Origin: the human T2T-CHM13v2.0 reference genome, Homo sapiens
Assembly: GCF_009914755.1 (NCBI RefSeq)
Contig: NC_060929.1
Length of the DNA: 64,000 nucleotides
Strand: one strand, 5' to 3'
Position numbers and translations under genes: made by a program. A model generated the notes under the pieces. It was not told where the DNA came from. It saw nothing but the letters and a program-made list of their open reading frames with translations, and searched no databases. Shown here in pieces: positions 1-13,844 of the stretch (position 1 is its first letter; each line of letters begins with the position of its first letter).

Positions 1-3000
1 TCCTGGGGAAATGGTGCCTTGGTGAAGCCACCCTATCTACCCCTCTCCAAGCCACTGCTGCACTCTGAACCATGGAACCTGAGCTAAAGCTGTGCATTCC
101 CTCCTAGGGAAATGGTGCCTTGGTGGAGCTGATTGATATATCCCTCCTAGTTGCTGCTGCACCCTGTTCCCGTGTCAGCACTGAGGTGATGCTCTGTATC
201 CAGGGGAAACAGTGCCTTAGCCACCCAGAGCTGTCAATCCCCTCAGCCTGAGCTGAAATGACACATTGCCTTCCAGGGAATCAGTGCGTTGGCTAAGCGG
301 AGCAGCTATGTACACCACGATTGCACTGATAGAGCATTCTATGTCCCAGGGGAAAAAATGTAGTGGCTGAGCTGAGACACCCTGCCTTACAGTCCATAAA
401 ACTCTAACACTCTGCTTCCCTGAAGTTGGAATAGTCCCCTAAAATTTGAGCTGCTGGACATTTTCTTTGCCAAAGAGTGGAGTCATTACTGTGATGCTCC
501 CTGCCCCCCCGGAACCCCAGCAACAGCCATACTCTACCATGTTGGAGTTCGTACTCCTGCTGCATCTGGCTTCACAGAGTTTGGGATACTGCCAAGTCTA
601 ACTATCCCAGGGTCCAGAGTCACTGCTACACAGTGCCTCATCCCCTGAGACCTGAGTTTCTAATGAACCTTGTTGGTTCTGTTTCATGCAGTGCAGCTGT
701 ACCGTGCTCCCTGGACCCAAACATCTAGAAAACCTTCTCTTCCCCAGGGACGGGCCTGTGCTGTGCCCTGCCCGTAGGGTCAGAGTTATAGCTACAACCT
801 TGTTCCCTGGGCACAAGCGCTAGAAGATGCCTCACAGTCACAGACCATGGTTCTGTGAGGAATCCACATTCTACCCGACCACAGAGAATGAACTTGTATG
901 TAAAAGCCCAGGTGCCACAAAAAGTTCACAAGACACTGACCTGGAACCCCTGCTTCATAGCCACTGTAAACATCTGTGCCCTGGAACCCAGCATGCTGCA
1001 GCTGCTTAGGAACCAAGTCAGACACAGCACCAAGGGAAATTTCCTTGGCTTAGTCTCCCCATTGTGGGAAATAAAAAAATAAGAGGACGATATAAACTCT
1101 TGCCACTGAGGACCCTAATAACTTGTGCTGCCACCATCACTCCTACAAACTCCTACAGCATAGGCCACTGAGGTACCCAGTTATTGCTGATGTTGATTGC
1201 AACTTAGAACCAGAGTCAGCACACCCTTCCTAACCAGGACATTAAGACCCATTTTCAGGTGAAAGTATTTCTCTATGAAAGCCACTTTCTAAAGTTTAGA
1301 AGTGGTGATTGTTACACCAGATGCACAGACATCAACACAGAGACACAAAAAAGCAATGAAAAATCAAGAAAATCTGACACCACCAAAGGAGCACAATAGT
1401 AGTCCAGTAACAGGTCCCAAAGAATTGAAAATCTACAAATTGCCAGAAAAGAAATTCAAAATAATGACCTTAAGGAAACTCAGTGAGATACAAGATAATA
1501 CAGATAGACAATTTGGTTAAACCAGGAAAACTATTCATGATCTAAATGATAACCTTACCAAAGAGATAGACATCATTAAAAACAACCACACAGAAATATT
1601 GGAGTTGAAGAATTCAATGAATAAAATAAAAAAGTACAATAGAGAGCTTCAAAAAATACAGTTGAGACTAAATAAAGCAAAAGAAAGAATCTCTGAACTT
1701 GAAGACTGGTCATTTGAAATTACCAAGTCAGAAGAAAGAAAAACATAAGAATGAAAAACAGTGAAGACAGTATACAAGACTTATGGGACAGCATTAAATG
1801 AACAAACATTTGTATTATGGGAATTCCAGAAGGAAAAGAGAGAAAGATGCAGACAGAAAACTTACTTAATAAAATAATTGGTGAAAACTTCCCAAGTGTT
1901 TGAAGAGATATGGAAATCCAGATAGATGAAGCTCAAAGGTCCCCAAGCAGATTAAAACCAAAGAGGACTTCACTTAGAGACATTAATTAAACCCTCAAAA
2001 GTCAAAGACAATGAGAGGATTTTAAAGACAGCAAGAAAAAAGCAGAGTCACATATAAAGGAATTCCATTATGATATCAGTGAACTTCACAGCAGACACTG
2101 TGTAGTCCAGGAGAGAATGGGATGACATATTCCAAGTGCTGAAAGAAAAAAAAAAAGAAGACAAAAAAAACCTGGCAGCCAAGAATTCTATACCTAGCAG
2201 ACCAGTCCTTCATTAATGAGAAAGGAGAAATAAAATCTTTTCCAGACAAGCAAAAGTTGAGGAAATTTATCACTACTAGAGCTAACCTACAAAACATGAC
2301 TATGACAGTCCTTTGAGTAGAAACAAAGTTGTTTTTCAGAAAAGATAAACAAACCAACAAACTTTAAGCCAGACTAAGAAGTCAAAAAAGAGAGAAGACT
2401 CAAAGAAATCAAATCAAAGGTGAAAAAGAAGACATTACAACATATAACACAGAAATGGAAAGGATCATAAAAGACTACTACTATGAACAACTATACACCT
2501 ACAAATTGGGAAACCTAGAAGAAAGAGATAAGTTCCTAGACACTTCTATTCAACATATTACAGGAAGTTTTAGCCAGAACAGTTAGACTAAAGAAGGAAA
2601 GAAAATGCATCCACATAGGAAAGGAGGAAGTCGAACTGTCCTGATCTGCAGGAGATGTGATCTTATATAGAAAAGCCAAAGACTCCACAAAAAACTATTA
2701 TAACTAATAAACAAATTCAGTAAAGTTTCAGGATACAAAATCAACATAAAAAATTGGTAGCATTTTTACATGCTAATGATGAACTATCTGAAAAAGAAAT
2801 AAAAGCAAACAACTCCATTCACAATAACTACAAAAAATAAGATACCTTGGAATAAATTTAACTAAGGAGGTAAAAAATCTCCAAAACAAAAACTATAAAA
2901 CACTGATTATAAAAATTGAAGTGGACATAAATAAATGGAAAAAATATCCTGTGTATATGCAGTGGAAGAATTAGTATTGTTAAAAAGTCCATACTCCCAA

Positions 3001-4815
3001 AATTATTCTGCAGAGTGAGTCAATGCAATACCTATCAAAATACCAATGAATTCTTTACAGAAATAGAAAAAATAGGGATCCTAAAATTTTTATTGAACCA
3101 CAAAAGACTCTGTAAATCAAAGCACTCTTGAGCAAACAAAACCAAAACCAAATAAACACAACAACACAGCTGAAGGCATCTCACTACCTAACTTCAAAAT
3201 ATACTACAAAGCTATAATAACAAAAAAAGCATGGTGTTGACATAAAAATGAATACATAGACCAATGGGACAGTATAGAGAGCCCAGAAATAAACCCATAG
3301 CTCTTAAGCCAACTTATTTTTGCCAAACGGGCCAAAAACTCATACTGGGGTAAGGACAGTCTTTTCAATAAATGATGGTTGGAAAATTGAATGTCTACAT
3401 TCAGAAGAATAAAATTTGTCCCCTATCTCTCATATGTAAGGAATTAACTCCAAATGCATTACAGAGTTAAATGTAAGACCTCGAAACTATGAAAAAACCA
3501 GAATAAAACATAGAGTAAATGCTATATAATATTGGTCTGGGCAAAGATTTTTTTGGATAAAACCTAAAAAGCACAGGCAACAAATGCAAAAAAAAAAAAG
3601 GACAAATAAGATTATATCAAACATATCAAACTAAGAAACTTCTACACAGCTAAGAAAACCACCAACAGTGTGAAGAGACAACCTGTCGAATGGGAGAAAA
3701 TTTTTGCAAACTATACTTCTGACAAGAGGTTAATAACCAGAATATACAAGAAACTGAAACAACTCAATAACAAACAAAATGGATTAAAAATGGGCAAAAT
3801 ATGTGAATGGATATTTTTCAAAAGAAGACATACAAATGCCCAAAAGTTACATAAAAATACTCAACATCACTGATCATCAGGAAAATGCAACTCAAAACCA
3901 CAGTGAGATATCACCGCCCTCCAGATAAAATGCAAAGTTATCTAAAAAACAAAAGATAAGTGTTGCCAAGGATGTGAAGAAAAGGGAACCCTTATGCACT
4001 GTTGGTAGGAATATAAATTCGTACAGTCATTATGTTAAATATTATGGAGGTTTCTAAAATATTGAAAATAATAAATGTATACACCTACTATGTACTCTCA
4101 AAAATTAAAAATTAAAAAATTAAAAAAAAAATTGAAGTACCACATGATCTAGCAATCTCACTACTGGGTATATATTCAAAGGAAATCATTATGTCAAATA
4201 GATATCTGCACTCCCATGTTTATTGCAGCACTATTCACCATAGCTGAGATATAGAATCAATGTAAGTGTCGATCAATGGAAAAAATGAATAAAGAAAATA
4301 TAATATATATACCCAATGGAATACTAGTCAAATTCAAAAAAAAAGAGGAAATTCTATGATATGCAATAACATAGATAAACCTGGAGGACATTCTGTTAAG
4401 TGAAATAAGCCAGACACCAAAAAAAAAAAAAAAAAAAAAAAAAAAACCCGCAAAATAACTTACTCCTGTGTGAAATCAAAAGTGGTTACTATCATAGGCT
4501 GGGGGTGGGGGAGAGTAGGGGGTAGAGAGAAATGGGGAGAGGTTGATCAATAGGTACACAAAGTTACAGCTAGATAAAATAAGTAAATTGTGGTGTTCCA
4601 TTGCACAATATAGTGACTATAGTTAACAAAAATACATTGTACATTTCAAAATAGCTATAAGAACGGATTCTGAATGTTCTCATCACAAATAAATGTTTGA
4701 GATAAATGATTTGCTAATTACCCTGATTTGATCATTATATAACATGTACTTACACTGAAATGTCACATGGTACCCCATAAATATGTACAATTATTATATG
4801 TCAATTAAAAATACA
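1..4815 (+). mobile_element. Old L1 (L1MA-type): 5'UTR with degenerate tandem monomers, decayed ORF1, internally deleted ORF2 and 3'UTR
   Basis: ORF1-like peptide at 1302-1520 (KNQENLTPPKEHN...LPEKKFKIMTLRKLSEIQ). ORF2 C-terminal peptide at 3670 ([26 protein letters not shown]). L1MA-style end 'gtaccccataaatatgtacaattattat..tcaattaaaa' at 4770-4812. Confidence 0.9.
4071..4131 (+). mobile_element. Tiny 3'-terminal L1 fragment (L1PB/L1MA1-3-type end) nested in the older L1
   Basis: 'ataaatgtatacacctactatgtactctcaaaaattaaaaatt' plus an A-rich tail interrupts the host motif 'aaaata|gaagtaccacatgatc'. Confidence 0.65.
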
Positions 4816-4819
4816 ATGA

Positions 4820-6020
4820 AACTTTTAAAATATTAGCAAATTATGGCTAGAAGTTACTTCTTAACCTGGTAAAGATTTTTTAAAACCTACAGCTAATTGT
4901 TTAATGTATCCCTGTTCTGTTTTTAAACTCCAATTCTCATTTTACATATTCTTGGGAAAAAAAACCTACAGCTAATATCACCTTTAATGGTGATTTACTC
5001 AGACCTTTACCCATGATATTGGGAATGATTCAAGAAATGTACACTATGATCACTTCTATCTAACTATAAATTAGAAGTTCTAGCTAGCACAATGAGGAAA
5101 GGCAAGGACATAAAAGGCATACATATTGGAATTTTAAAGAACAGAAAAAATTGTTATCCTTAGTGACTTTTATACTTAGAAAATAAAGATACCCACTTAT
5201 AAATAATTAGACTTAATATGCATATTTAATAAGTTGCTATAGAAACAGTTAATATATAAAATCATTGCTATTTCTTTGTATTAGCAAGAAATAGCAAATA
5301 AAAATTTAAAAGATGTCATTTGAAAAACATCAAGAAAAAACAAATAATGCTAATGAAAAATTATTACAATTTCTACACTGAATATTGTCAGAAATAAAAG
5401 AACACTTCAGTGAACTGAAGACTATACTATGATCATAGACCAAAAGATACATATTTTTCAATATAGTATTGAAACAATTTTTCAGTGCAGTATTTTTCCC
5501 AAATTAGTTCCTAGATTCAACATTTAAATATTAGATGCTAATATTTGTGTAAAAATTCAAAAGTCCTGAAGAGCCCTAAAACAATCTTGAAGTAGAAGCC
5601 CAAATATTTCATTAAGATTCATCACACAGTCACATAAATTAAAATTATGGTATTAGTGTAAGGAAGTAGACCAATGGAACAATAGAGAGTCCAGCAACAG
5701 ACCCAAATATATACAGTTATGCCAATTCTTGATTTATGACAAAAGTGATCCTGCAGTGCTATGAGGAAAGCCTGTATTTTTTTTCTGAAAAGGAAAGGCT
5801 ATATTTTTAGTGAAAGTAACTGAGGCTGGATGCACTGGATATCTATTAGGAAGAAAACTTTTGATGCCTATGGAACACCATATATAAAATTTCATCCCTG
5901 ACAGATTGTACTTTTAAATATGAATGATAGCTTTTAGTCAAGAGGGAGTAACAGATTTCTATTTATACTTTGATTTTTTTTTTTTTTTTTTTTTTTTTAC
6001 AAAAACCAGTTCTCAATATA
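4820..6020 (+). mobile_element. Highly decayed L1M ORF2 fragment
   Basis: Remnants 'aaaacctacagctaatatcacctttaatggtga', 'tagaagttctagctagcacaat' and 'gtagaccaatggaacaatagagagtccag'. Confidence 0.75.
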
Positions 6021-6059
6021 TTGGACATCAAACAGTGAAGGATAAAAATCTCCAAAAAT

Positions 6060-6480
6060 GGCAAACAAATGAGGTCCAATTGTCTCAGCTTACTAACCAG
6101 GGAAAACTGCCAATCTCCAAAGCTAGGAGAATCTAGATGGAGCTCAGCAAATTCCTGAAGTGAAGAGATAGAGCTATAAGTACAAGGAGGCCAAAGTGGC
6201 TAGTTTGTTTGCAAGGTAGTAGAGAGTTCAGGTGAAAGCCTCCCAGAGAAAGAACTCTGCAGATATCCAGAGTTCCCCACTCAGCTGAGTACTCATTAAT
6301 TGCAGCACAAGCACCTGAGGACACTACCAGGGTCTGGGGAAAGAACCACTAAAAAAAAGTACAGCAAACAATCCTTGAGGTTCACACAGGGCCGGAAAAA
6401 TCAATTTCTAACCAAAGTGGAAAATTTCATAGTTCACAGACATCAGGTAGAGTACTTAGATTTTTCCTCAGTAATGGGAC
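6060..6480 (+). mobile_element. Probable old L1M 5'-region fragment
   Basis: 'ccccactcagctgagtactc...aagcacctgagga..ctaccagggtctggggaaagaacca' resembles ancient L1 5' segments. Assigned by eye. Confidence 0.5.
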
Positions 6481-6665
6481 AAAAGAATAAAATTGACAGA
6501 ACACTTTCAACACAGAATCGTTTTTGTTGTCTTTGATAAAGACCATATATTAATATGGCTTTATTACTAACTCTGTAGGTATTGTTGGGCAACCCATTTC
6601 AACACTGAATTCTTTAGTTTTTTTAATATATAATGTCATAATTGAAAGGAAATATTACTAGTATA

Positions 6666-7043
6666 TGTTATGGGCTGCTTTTTGTTCCCCTATAATTAAT
6701 ATTCTGCAGCCCTAATTCACAGTATCTTATGCTGTGACTCTACCTGGAGATGGGGCTTTTAAAAGGTAATTAATGTTAAATGAAGTCATATGGATGGGGT
6801 CTCATCCAACTTGACTGGTGTCCTTAAAAGGAAATTTTGATACAAAAATAACAACAGGTGTGTGAGCACAGAGAAAAGGACCTGTGAGGGGTACAGCCAG
6901 AAGGCAGCTATTTTACAAGTCAAAGAAAAGGACTCCAGAGGAAAACAAACCTGCCAACCCCTTTATCTTGAACTTCCAGCATCTGGAACCATGAGTAAAT
7001 AAATTTCTCTTGTTTCAGTATCCCATACTGATTTTGTTATGGT
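6666..7043 (+). mobile_element. MaLR solo LTR (MLT1A/B-like)
   Basis: Starts 'tgttatgggctg'. Contains 'ttaaatgaagtcat..gactggtgtcctta', 'ttgaacttccagcatctggaac' and 'aataaatttctcttgtt', and ends 'ttttgttatgg..ccctagccaactaat'. Confidence 0.85.
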
Positions 7044-9819
7044 ATCCCTAGCCAACTAATGTATGTGATCCTGAAATATAGAGTTCATAATAAAATTCCA
7101 AAAAAATGGATTTGTGATTAATATAGAAAAATGTTATTGTAATGATTCTAGATCTTCTATTCATACAAAGAATTAAGTTGACAGTGGATTGCCTATGAAT
7201 AATCATGGTAATGAACAACCTAATGACAAACAGTACCTCAAGTCTGCTAGCATTTCCCAGATGTAATTATTACAGCACGTTTGGACATTCTAATGTTTTT
7301 ATGAATGGTGGGAGGAATGTGTGTGCTTGATTTGCATTTTTGTGAAAAATAACAGCTTTATTAGTTACCTTATTTCTTGTATTTTGAAAAAGGTTACGAT
7401 TTTAATTTTCAGATTTCTTGGCCCTTATAACACCAACAGACAGAGGATGATAACGTAGATGGTGTTTAGAAACATGAAATTCCCTTAGTATTAAGACAGC
7501 CAGCAAATGGGACAAAAACGGTATGTGAAATCAGATCTCCTTTTGGGAATAAATTAACTGTATGACTGGGCTCTATTTTAATATTTAGACAAGGTTTTTC
7601 AAAACAAACCTGAGGCCTGTTTCAGATGTTAAAGAACTGGCATTGCTAAATGAAACACATTATTCTAAACATATTCAACTGAATACATACCACTATTTTG
7701 GCATTAATGTAACTTCTACAGAAAATAGAAATAAATGGTTTCCATTTCCCACTGGGAAAAATGCTTGGTTAACCGTAGATGGTTGCACTTCCATAAAAAG
7801 CACCAAACTATCTTTAACCATGGATCTTTTTCATATTATGGTAGTACCTAGAAATAAGAAATGATGCCCTAGATTACTGATATCAACTACTATTCATCAA
7901 TTATTATTCAAAGTAACAAATCTAGTTTTGTAAATGCCTTAGTAAAGCATACTGAGAAGCAGTCCAGCTTTCTTTGTATTATTGTGGTTTTTTAGTCAAA
8001 TAATTATATGTAATTATTATGTTTTATCTGTCAGCAAGTTGAAATATGAAAGTATAATATTAACAATAATATTACACAAACTGCTGTAAATACATCAATC
8101 ACACCGTCCTTTCATGGTTGTGTTAACTATTACTCTCTTAAGCCTCCATCTATTCAAAAACCTCTATTCCCCACACCTCCAAGTTCAGTTTCCTAAAACA
8201 TCTGTATCTTCTTTTATAAACTGCTTACAAAAAAAAATTCATAATGATGATAAACCATTGTCAACTTACTACATCAACATCCATCAAATGAATTGATTAC
8301 ATCTACATGCTCATTTTGTATAATAGAAATACAATCAATCACTGCAGTAAAATACTATCATGGGATTAATGTCTTCTACTCTGAAAATGTAAGTTTTGCC
8401 TTTGGCTTGGTATTTTATGAAGCAGCAAGAGACCATTATCCTGTGACAACATTTTATTTCATTGACATCTCAAATATATTCTTAATATCTTTTATATTTA
8501 TGTTCAGTTTAGAATGAGAGGATTAGAATAGGTGTTATTATAGTGGAAAGGCATTCATTACTACATTCTGAATAGCATTACCATGTGACATGTCTCAGCC
8601 ATAAGAATCTCTTGGCAAGAATTGCATCTTTTATTCTTATGTATTCACAGCAAAGCTGTCTGTATCCCACGCTATGAATTTTTCCTGCGTTAATCATCAA
8701 CATCGACCCAGTTTTGCTGCTATATGGTTCTCACTTTAAGTTATATACTATGTAAATCAATCTGATCACTAAAATGTTAATGAAATATTAAAAAGATAAA
8801 GTTTTTAAACCTTAAGCCAGATAATAACCATAAATTTAAATTCTTACTCTACTTTAAAATAGATTTCTTCCTTTCCTTTTGAAATCACTGTCCTCAGCAG
8901 TTTTCCACACTCTAAATACTAAGGATTTGCCTATGCATGTAAAATGGAGAATTGCGATAATTGTCTCTATAACTCAAAGTAAGGGAAACACAACTTCATC
9001 TGAAATGTCTAAGCAACTGAGGCCATTTTTGGGCTTGGATTATCTAGAAAATGACTTCAGTTTTCCAACATATTTTGCATGAGTATATATAAAAACAGAT
9101 ACAGGGTAAATTATACAAAATAAGATTCAGAGTGTTAAACGTGAAGTGGAAGATAGAATAAGAAACTATGAAAATTCATTTATGGGCATTGATGTTGAAA
9201 TTCTGTATGTACAGCAAAGGGAATTAACACAATTTTCAAGATGTTAATATCATAAGGCAATGTTTTGAGTTTACTGAGCTTTTAAGGTGCCAATGTTGCC
9301 TGTTTGTGTTAGACCACTGCTGTAATTACATTTCAGCTAGCTAATGAAATGCTAAGCAGTGTTTTGTCTATGCATTGTTGTGAGAGAAGTAGAAGTGTTT
9401 TGATTATGAGCAGATGGAGAAATTGATTTTTTTTTTTTTTTTTTTTTTTGCTCTTTCTTTGTGGGTTAAGAATAAGGTAGTGAAAAGCCATGGATTGGTA
9501 TCCTTGATTGGGACTTAAAGTGTTACTGAGTCTGCGGTTAGGTCTACATTACTGTGGTAGAACTAGAAATTCCTGAAAAAGTTGTTGGCTGCTTCTAATA
9601 TACCACATCTAGTCTATATATAGCTTCGTGACTTCCCTTTCCCCCTAAAATATTCAAGCACAACTCATGACTCATAGTAAGTGATGTTTTTAAGGGCTGA
9701 GGTATTAATTGATTTGTTTTCTTTTTGCCTACTTGCCCCTGCCAAAATACATGTAGATAGAACATATAAAAACATAGAAAAAATTTGTTTTAATCATTTG
9801 ACTTAGATATTTTTCTCCA

Positions 9820-10230
9820 TGTAGACCCAACTGAATTATAAGATAAATATTTAGGTCATAAAACATACATACACAACTTGATGAATTATCACAAAGTGAA
9901 TGCATTCTATTAAACAACAACCAGATAAGGAAATAAAAAAAATTACCAAAATAACAGAAAGCCCTTCATGTCTCTCTAGTCACTAATACCTTCTCAAATA
10001 CAACCTCTATGCTGCCTTATAACACTAGAGATTACCTGTGATGGTTTTTTAACTTTATACAAACTGTATTATAAAGTATATATCATTTTTATTTGATTCT
10101 TTGGATCAACAGTATTTTGCATGTAATTATAGTCTGATCATTCTCATTTTATTAATGAATTTACCACAACTTACTTATTTTACTATCAATTGATATTTTG
10201 GGTTTTTTTAGTTGACCACTAATTTTTACT
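9820..10230 (-). mobile_element. Ancient L1ME-type 3' fragment
   Basis: 'acaacttgatgaattatcacaaagtgaa...accagataaggaaata...ttaactttatacaaa' matches the reverse of L1ME 3' regions. Confidence 0.6.
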
Positions 10231-12823
10231 TAATAGTCTCTGTTTTGTGGTGGTTATTCATTAAATGCATCATTTTCAAAATACAGCTGTTGTCAGTGTC
10301 TGATGAGACACTACTGAATACAAGTTCCATTCTACATGTAGTCAATTGATGTATCCCCAAATCCAGTACATTTCTGTAAAGAAGTCACTTAAATTCACAC
10401 CCACATGTTTTTGGTGTGTATTATACTGTTATTGAAATACAATATAATTTTTTTAACATACGACTTTTTATTCAGCAGAGAAAAAAATACATAATTTCAT
10501 TTTTTTTCCTCCTGTAAATATGTTCAGTTGATGGTATTAACACTAGTTCTTTATCATATATAACTTTCAGCATTTGTCTTTGAAATAACTACTCATTATT
10601 TCTGCATCCTTCTTTTAATTCTCAGTGATATTTAAAGCTTATTTTATATGCTATAGGAATAAAAAGGGAAAGCTAATGTTAAGTAAGCATAGCAGTCTAC
10701 TTCAGTGTTACTTAAATAAATAGCAGTGGGAGAAAAAGAAGCTTCTATATTCTCCATGCAAAAAAAAATGATCTTCAGAGATTAAGAAAAAATAACCATT
10801 TTATTTTTTATATTCATCTTTTACTAAAATAGTTAAATGGTATATTTTCATTTATCCTTTATTTATATGCAAATGTCAGTCTTTTGAACAACTCACCTCA
10901 CTGGTGTGAAGAAGTTACAGATGTTTCTTCTCTAAAGAAATTAATGACAGACAATGTAAACAATAAACAGAGAGTTCATATTAAGTTATTGACCATACCT
11001 GAGTAAAAGATTTAGATTTTGTTTGGTTTGGTTGGTTGTTTTTTAAGAGATTGCTTGAGAAAGGATTCTGCTAGATTTCTATTTTTTCCTAAAGTTCATG
11101 GTGCACTTCTTGCAATGGAAATGGTTTCCCACCCATTCCTTTTGATACTGTTGGGAACTGTGTGTTTGAACTGGTTCTCTATAGTATTGCTCAAGATGCA
11201 AAAATGGCAGGCAGATTTCAAAGATGATTCTATTTTATACTATAGGAATGAGATGTGAATAGTGAGGGCATAAAAGACCAACTATTCCTGATGTCATTCA
11301 AAAAAGTATCAGTCAAAATAAATACTCCATTTATACTTGTATTTATACAAGAAACATAAATATCAACCTATTCCATGATAGCATATACACTAAGGAGTGG
11401 TCAGTAGTAACAAATAATAAACAACCTACATTGAATTCAAATAACTGCTTCATTGACTTGTATTCATTTTATACTATAAATTATATGATTAATGTATACA
11501 ATTTTGTTTTCTGTATCTAGTTAATAGGCTTGGTTAGTTGCTATTTGCTATTTTAATTACTCATACATAACTCATAATGATTTGATAAACAGATATTTTT
11601 AAATTTGCCATGTGAATCAACTGAAGTGATGCTAATAGTCAATCTTAGACCTGGTATTTCTAGGCAGAATATAATATATTCCTTAATGTTTATAGATTTA
11701 AAGTATATGTTACTTTCTCTAAACATTCATTATGATGTTAAAATTTTACTTGTAAGCTGTTCAATGTTAAATTGCACTGTTATAGGTGCTAAAATGACTT
11801 TTCAGATTATTATTTCATTAAAAAGACAAATACGACAAAAGGAAAAGCAACATAAGTCAGCAAATCAAATATCCATTCCTAGATCTGTTGTTGAAGAGCT
11901 AAATATCTTCCTTTGGAAAAAACTTTGTCTTTGGGCAACAGATTTTATATTTAAAATGAATAAATTGGCCACTGGGTTATGACAATAGAAAAAAATGCTC
12001 TCCCTCTTCCCCCTTTTATTAGCAAATCCCTGAAAATAAGTACCTCTCCCCTCCGCACACACACATAAACCACAAATATCTAATATCAAAGCTGGAAAAA
12101 AGAGGTAGTGCCATTAAATGCTCATCATGTGCAACATTTTGACTCTGAGAAATAGAAAGATATTGGCAGGTTAAAGCAGCAAATCACAGTTTCAAAATAT
12201 AAAAGCATACTACTTCAGAACATGGGAAAGCACTTAGAGCTAGTGTTTGAGACAAGAGTAGACTTTGAAGCAAACATTTGGGTGACTCGTTGGTCTTTTA
12301 CATCCAGGTTCTTCTATCATTCTATCCACCAAATACTGCTAAGCTGTGGAACCAGTAAGTATAAGAACACAGGCTAAAAAACTAAGGCTGTTCCCTGGGA
12401 TTCTGGTGAAAGCTAATAAGAATAGGCTCTCAAAAAGAGACAACTGGCTCTTAGCGCACACTAGCTAGCAATATTTCTCATTCTTATCCCAAAATAATAA
12501 GAACCAAGATTTATTACAGAAACTAAATATTCTAAACAAACTAAAAATTTTTTTAATTAAAAGGTAAACATTAAACCAAGAATCATAATATATTTGAGTC
12601 AAAGAACCAAAGCTCCAAACAAAATCTAACACACTAGAAGTAAAATTAATAGAATAGACAAATAAGACAGGATATCACATCCAAACAACAAGAGCAGACA
12701 TTTATAATAAAGCTCCAATTAGAGACATCAGTTCCCAGAAATATAAAGTAACCTTAATACCATCCAGAAAGAAAATTTACTGAAACATGAAAGAAAATTT
12801 TTTGAAACATTAAAAAAAATTTA

Positions 12824-13118
<295 letters not shown>

Positions 13119-13844
13119 TTTATATATATATATATATTATTTTTAATTAATGATGAGCTTACATAACCAAAAGCAGAGAGAAGCAAATGAATTTAGCATA
13201 AAGTTTAGAAGTAGATTTCTGCAACTAAACCCGTAAACATGAATGAGTAAAAATAAATAAAAGAAGCATCTAGCTAAATCATTAGAAAAGGAACAACAAA
13301 ACAAGTAGGTAGTGGGATTATATATTTAAAGTGCTAAAACAAAAAAGTTTATCAACCAAGAATTCTATATCCAGAAAAAACTTTCTTCAAATGCTAAAGA
13401 GAAGTAGACAAAAATGTAGAGAATTTTCCCATGGCACACTTTCCTACAAGAAATACTAACAAGAGTCCAGGATGAAAATGAGCAGACACTAATTTGAATC
13501 AACATGAAGAAATAAAGTACACTGCTAAAGGCTGTATAGTACTACATAAGTATAAAAGTATAAATGTATTTTTGTTGATAATACCTTTTTTTTCTATCTT
13601 AGTTTAAAAGCCCTGCATAAAGCAGTAATTATAAATCTATGTTGTTGGGCATACAATGTATAAAGATGAAATTTACATGATAATAACAGCACAGTAGAGT
13701 AGGGAGCAAATAGAGCTAGCAAAGAGCAAAGAATGTGTGCACTGTTGAAATTAAATTGGTATCAATAAGAACTAATTTTTTATAAGTTATAATATAAATT
13801 GTAACCCCCAGGGCAGCTGCTTAAAAAAACCTTGAAAATGGTAA

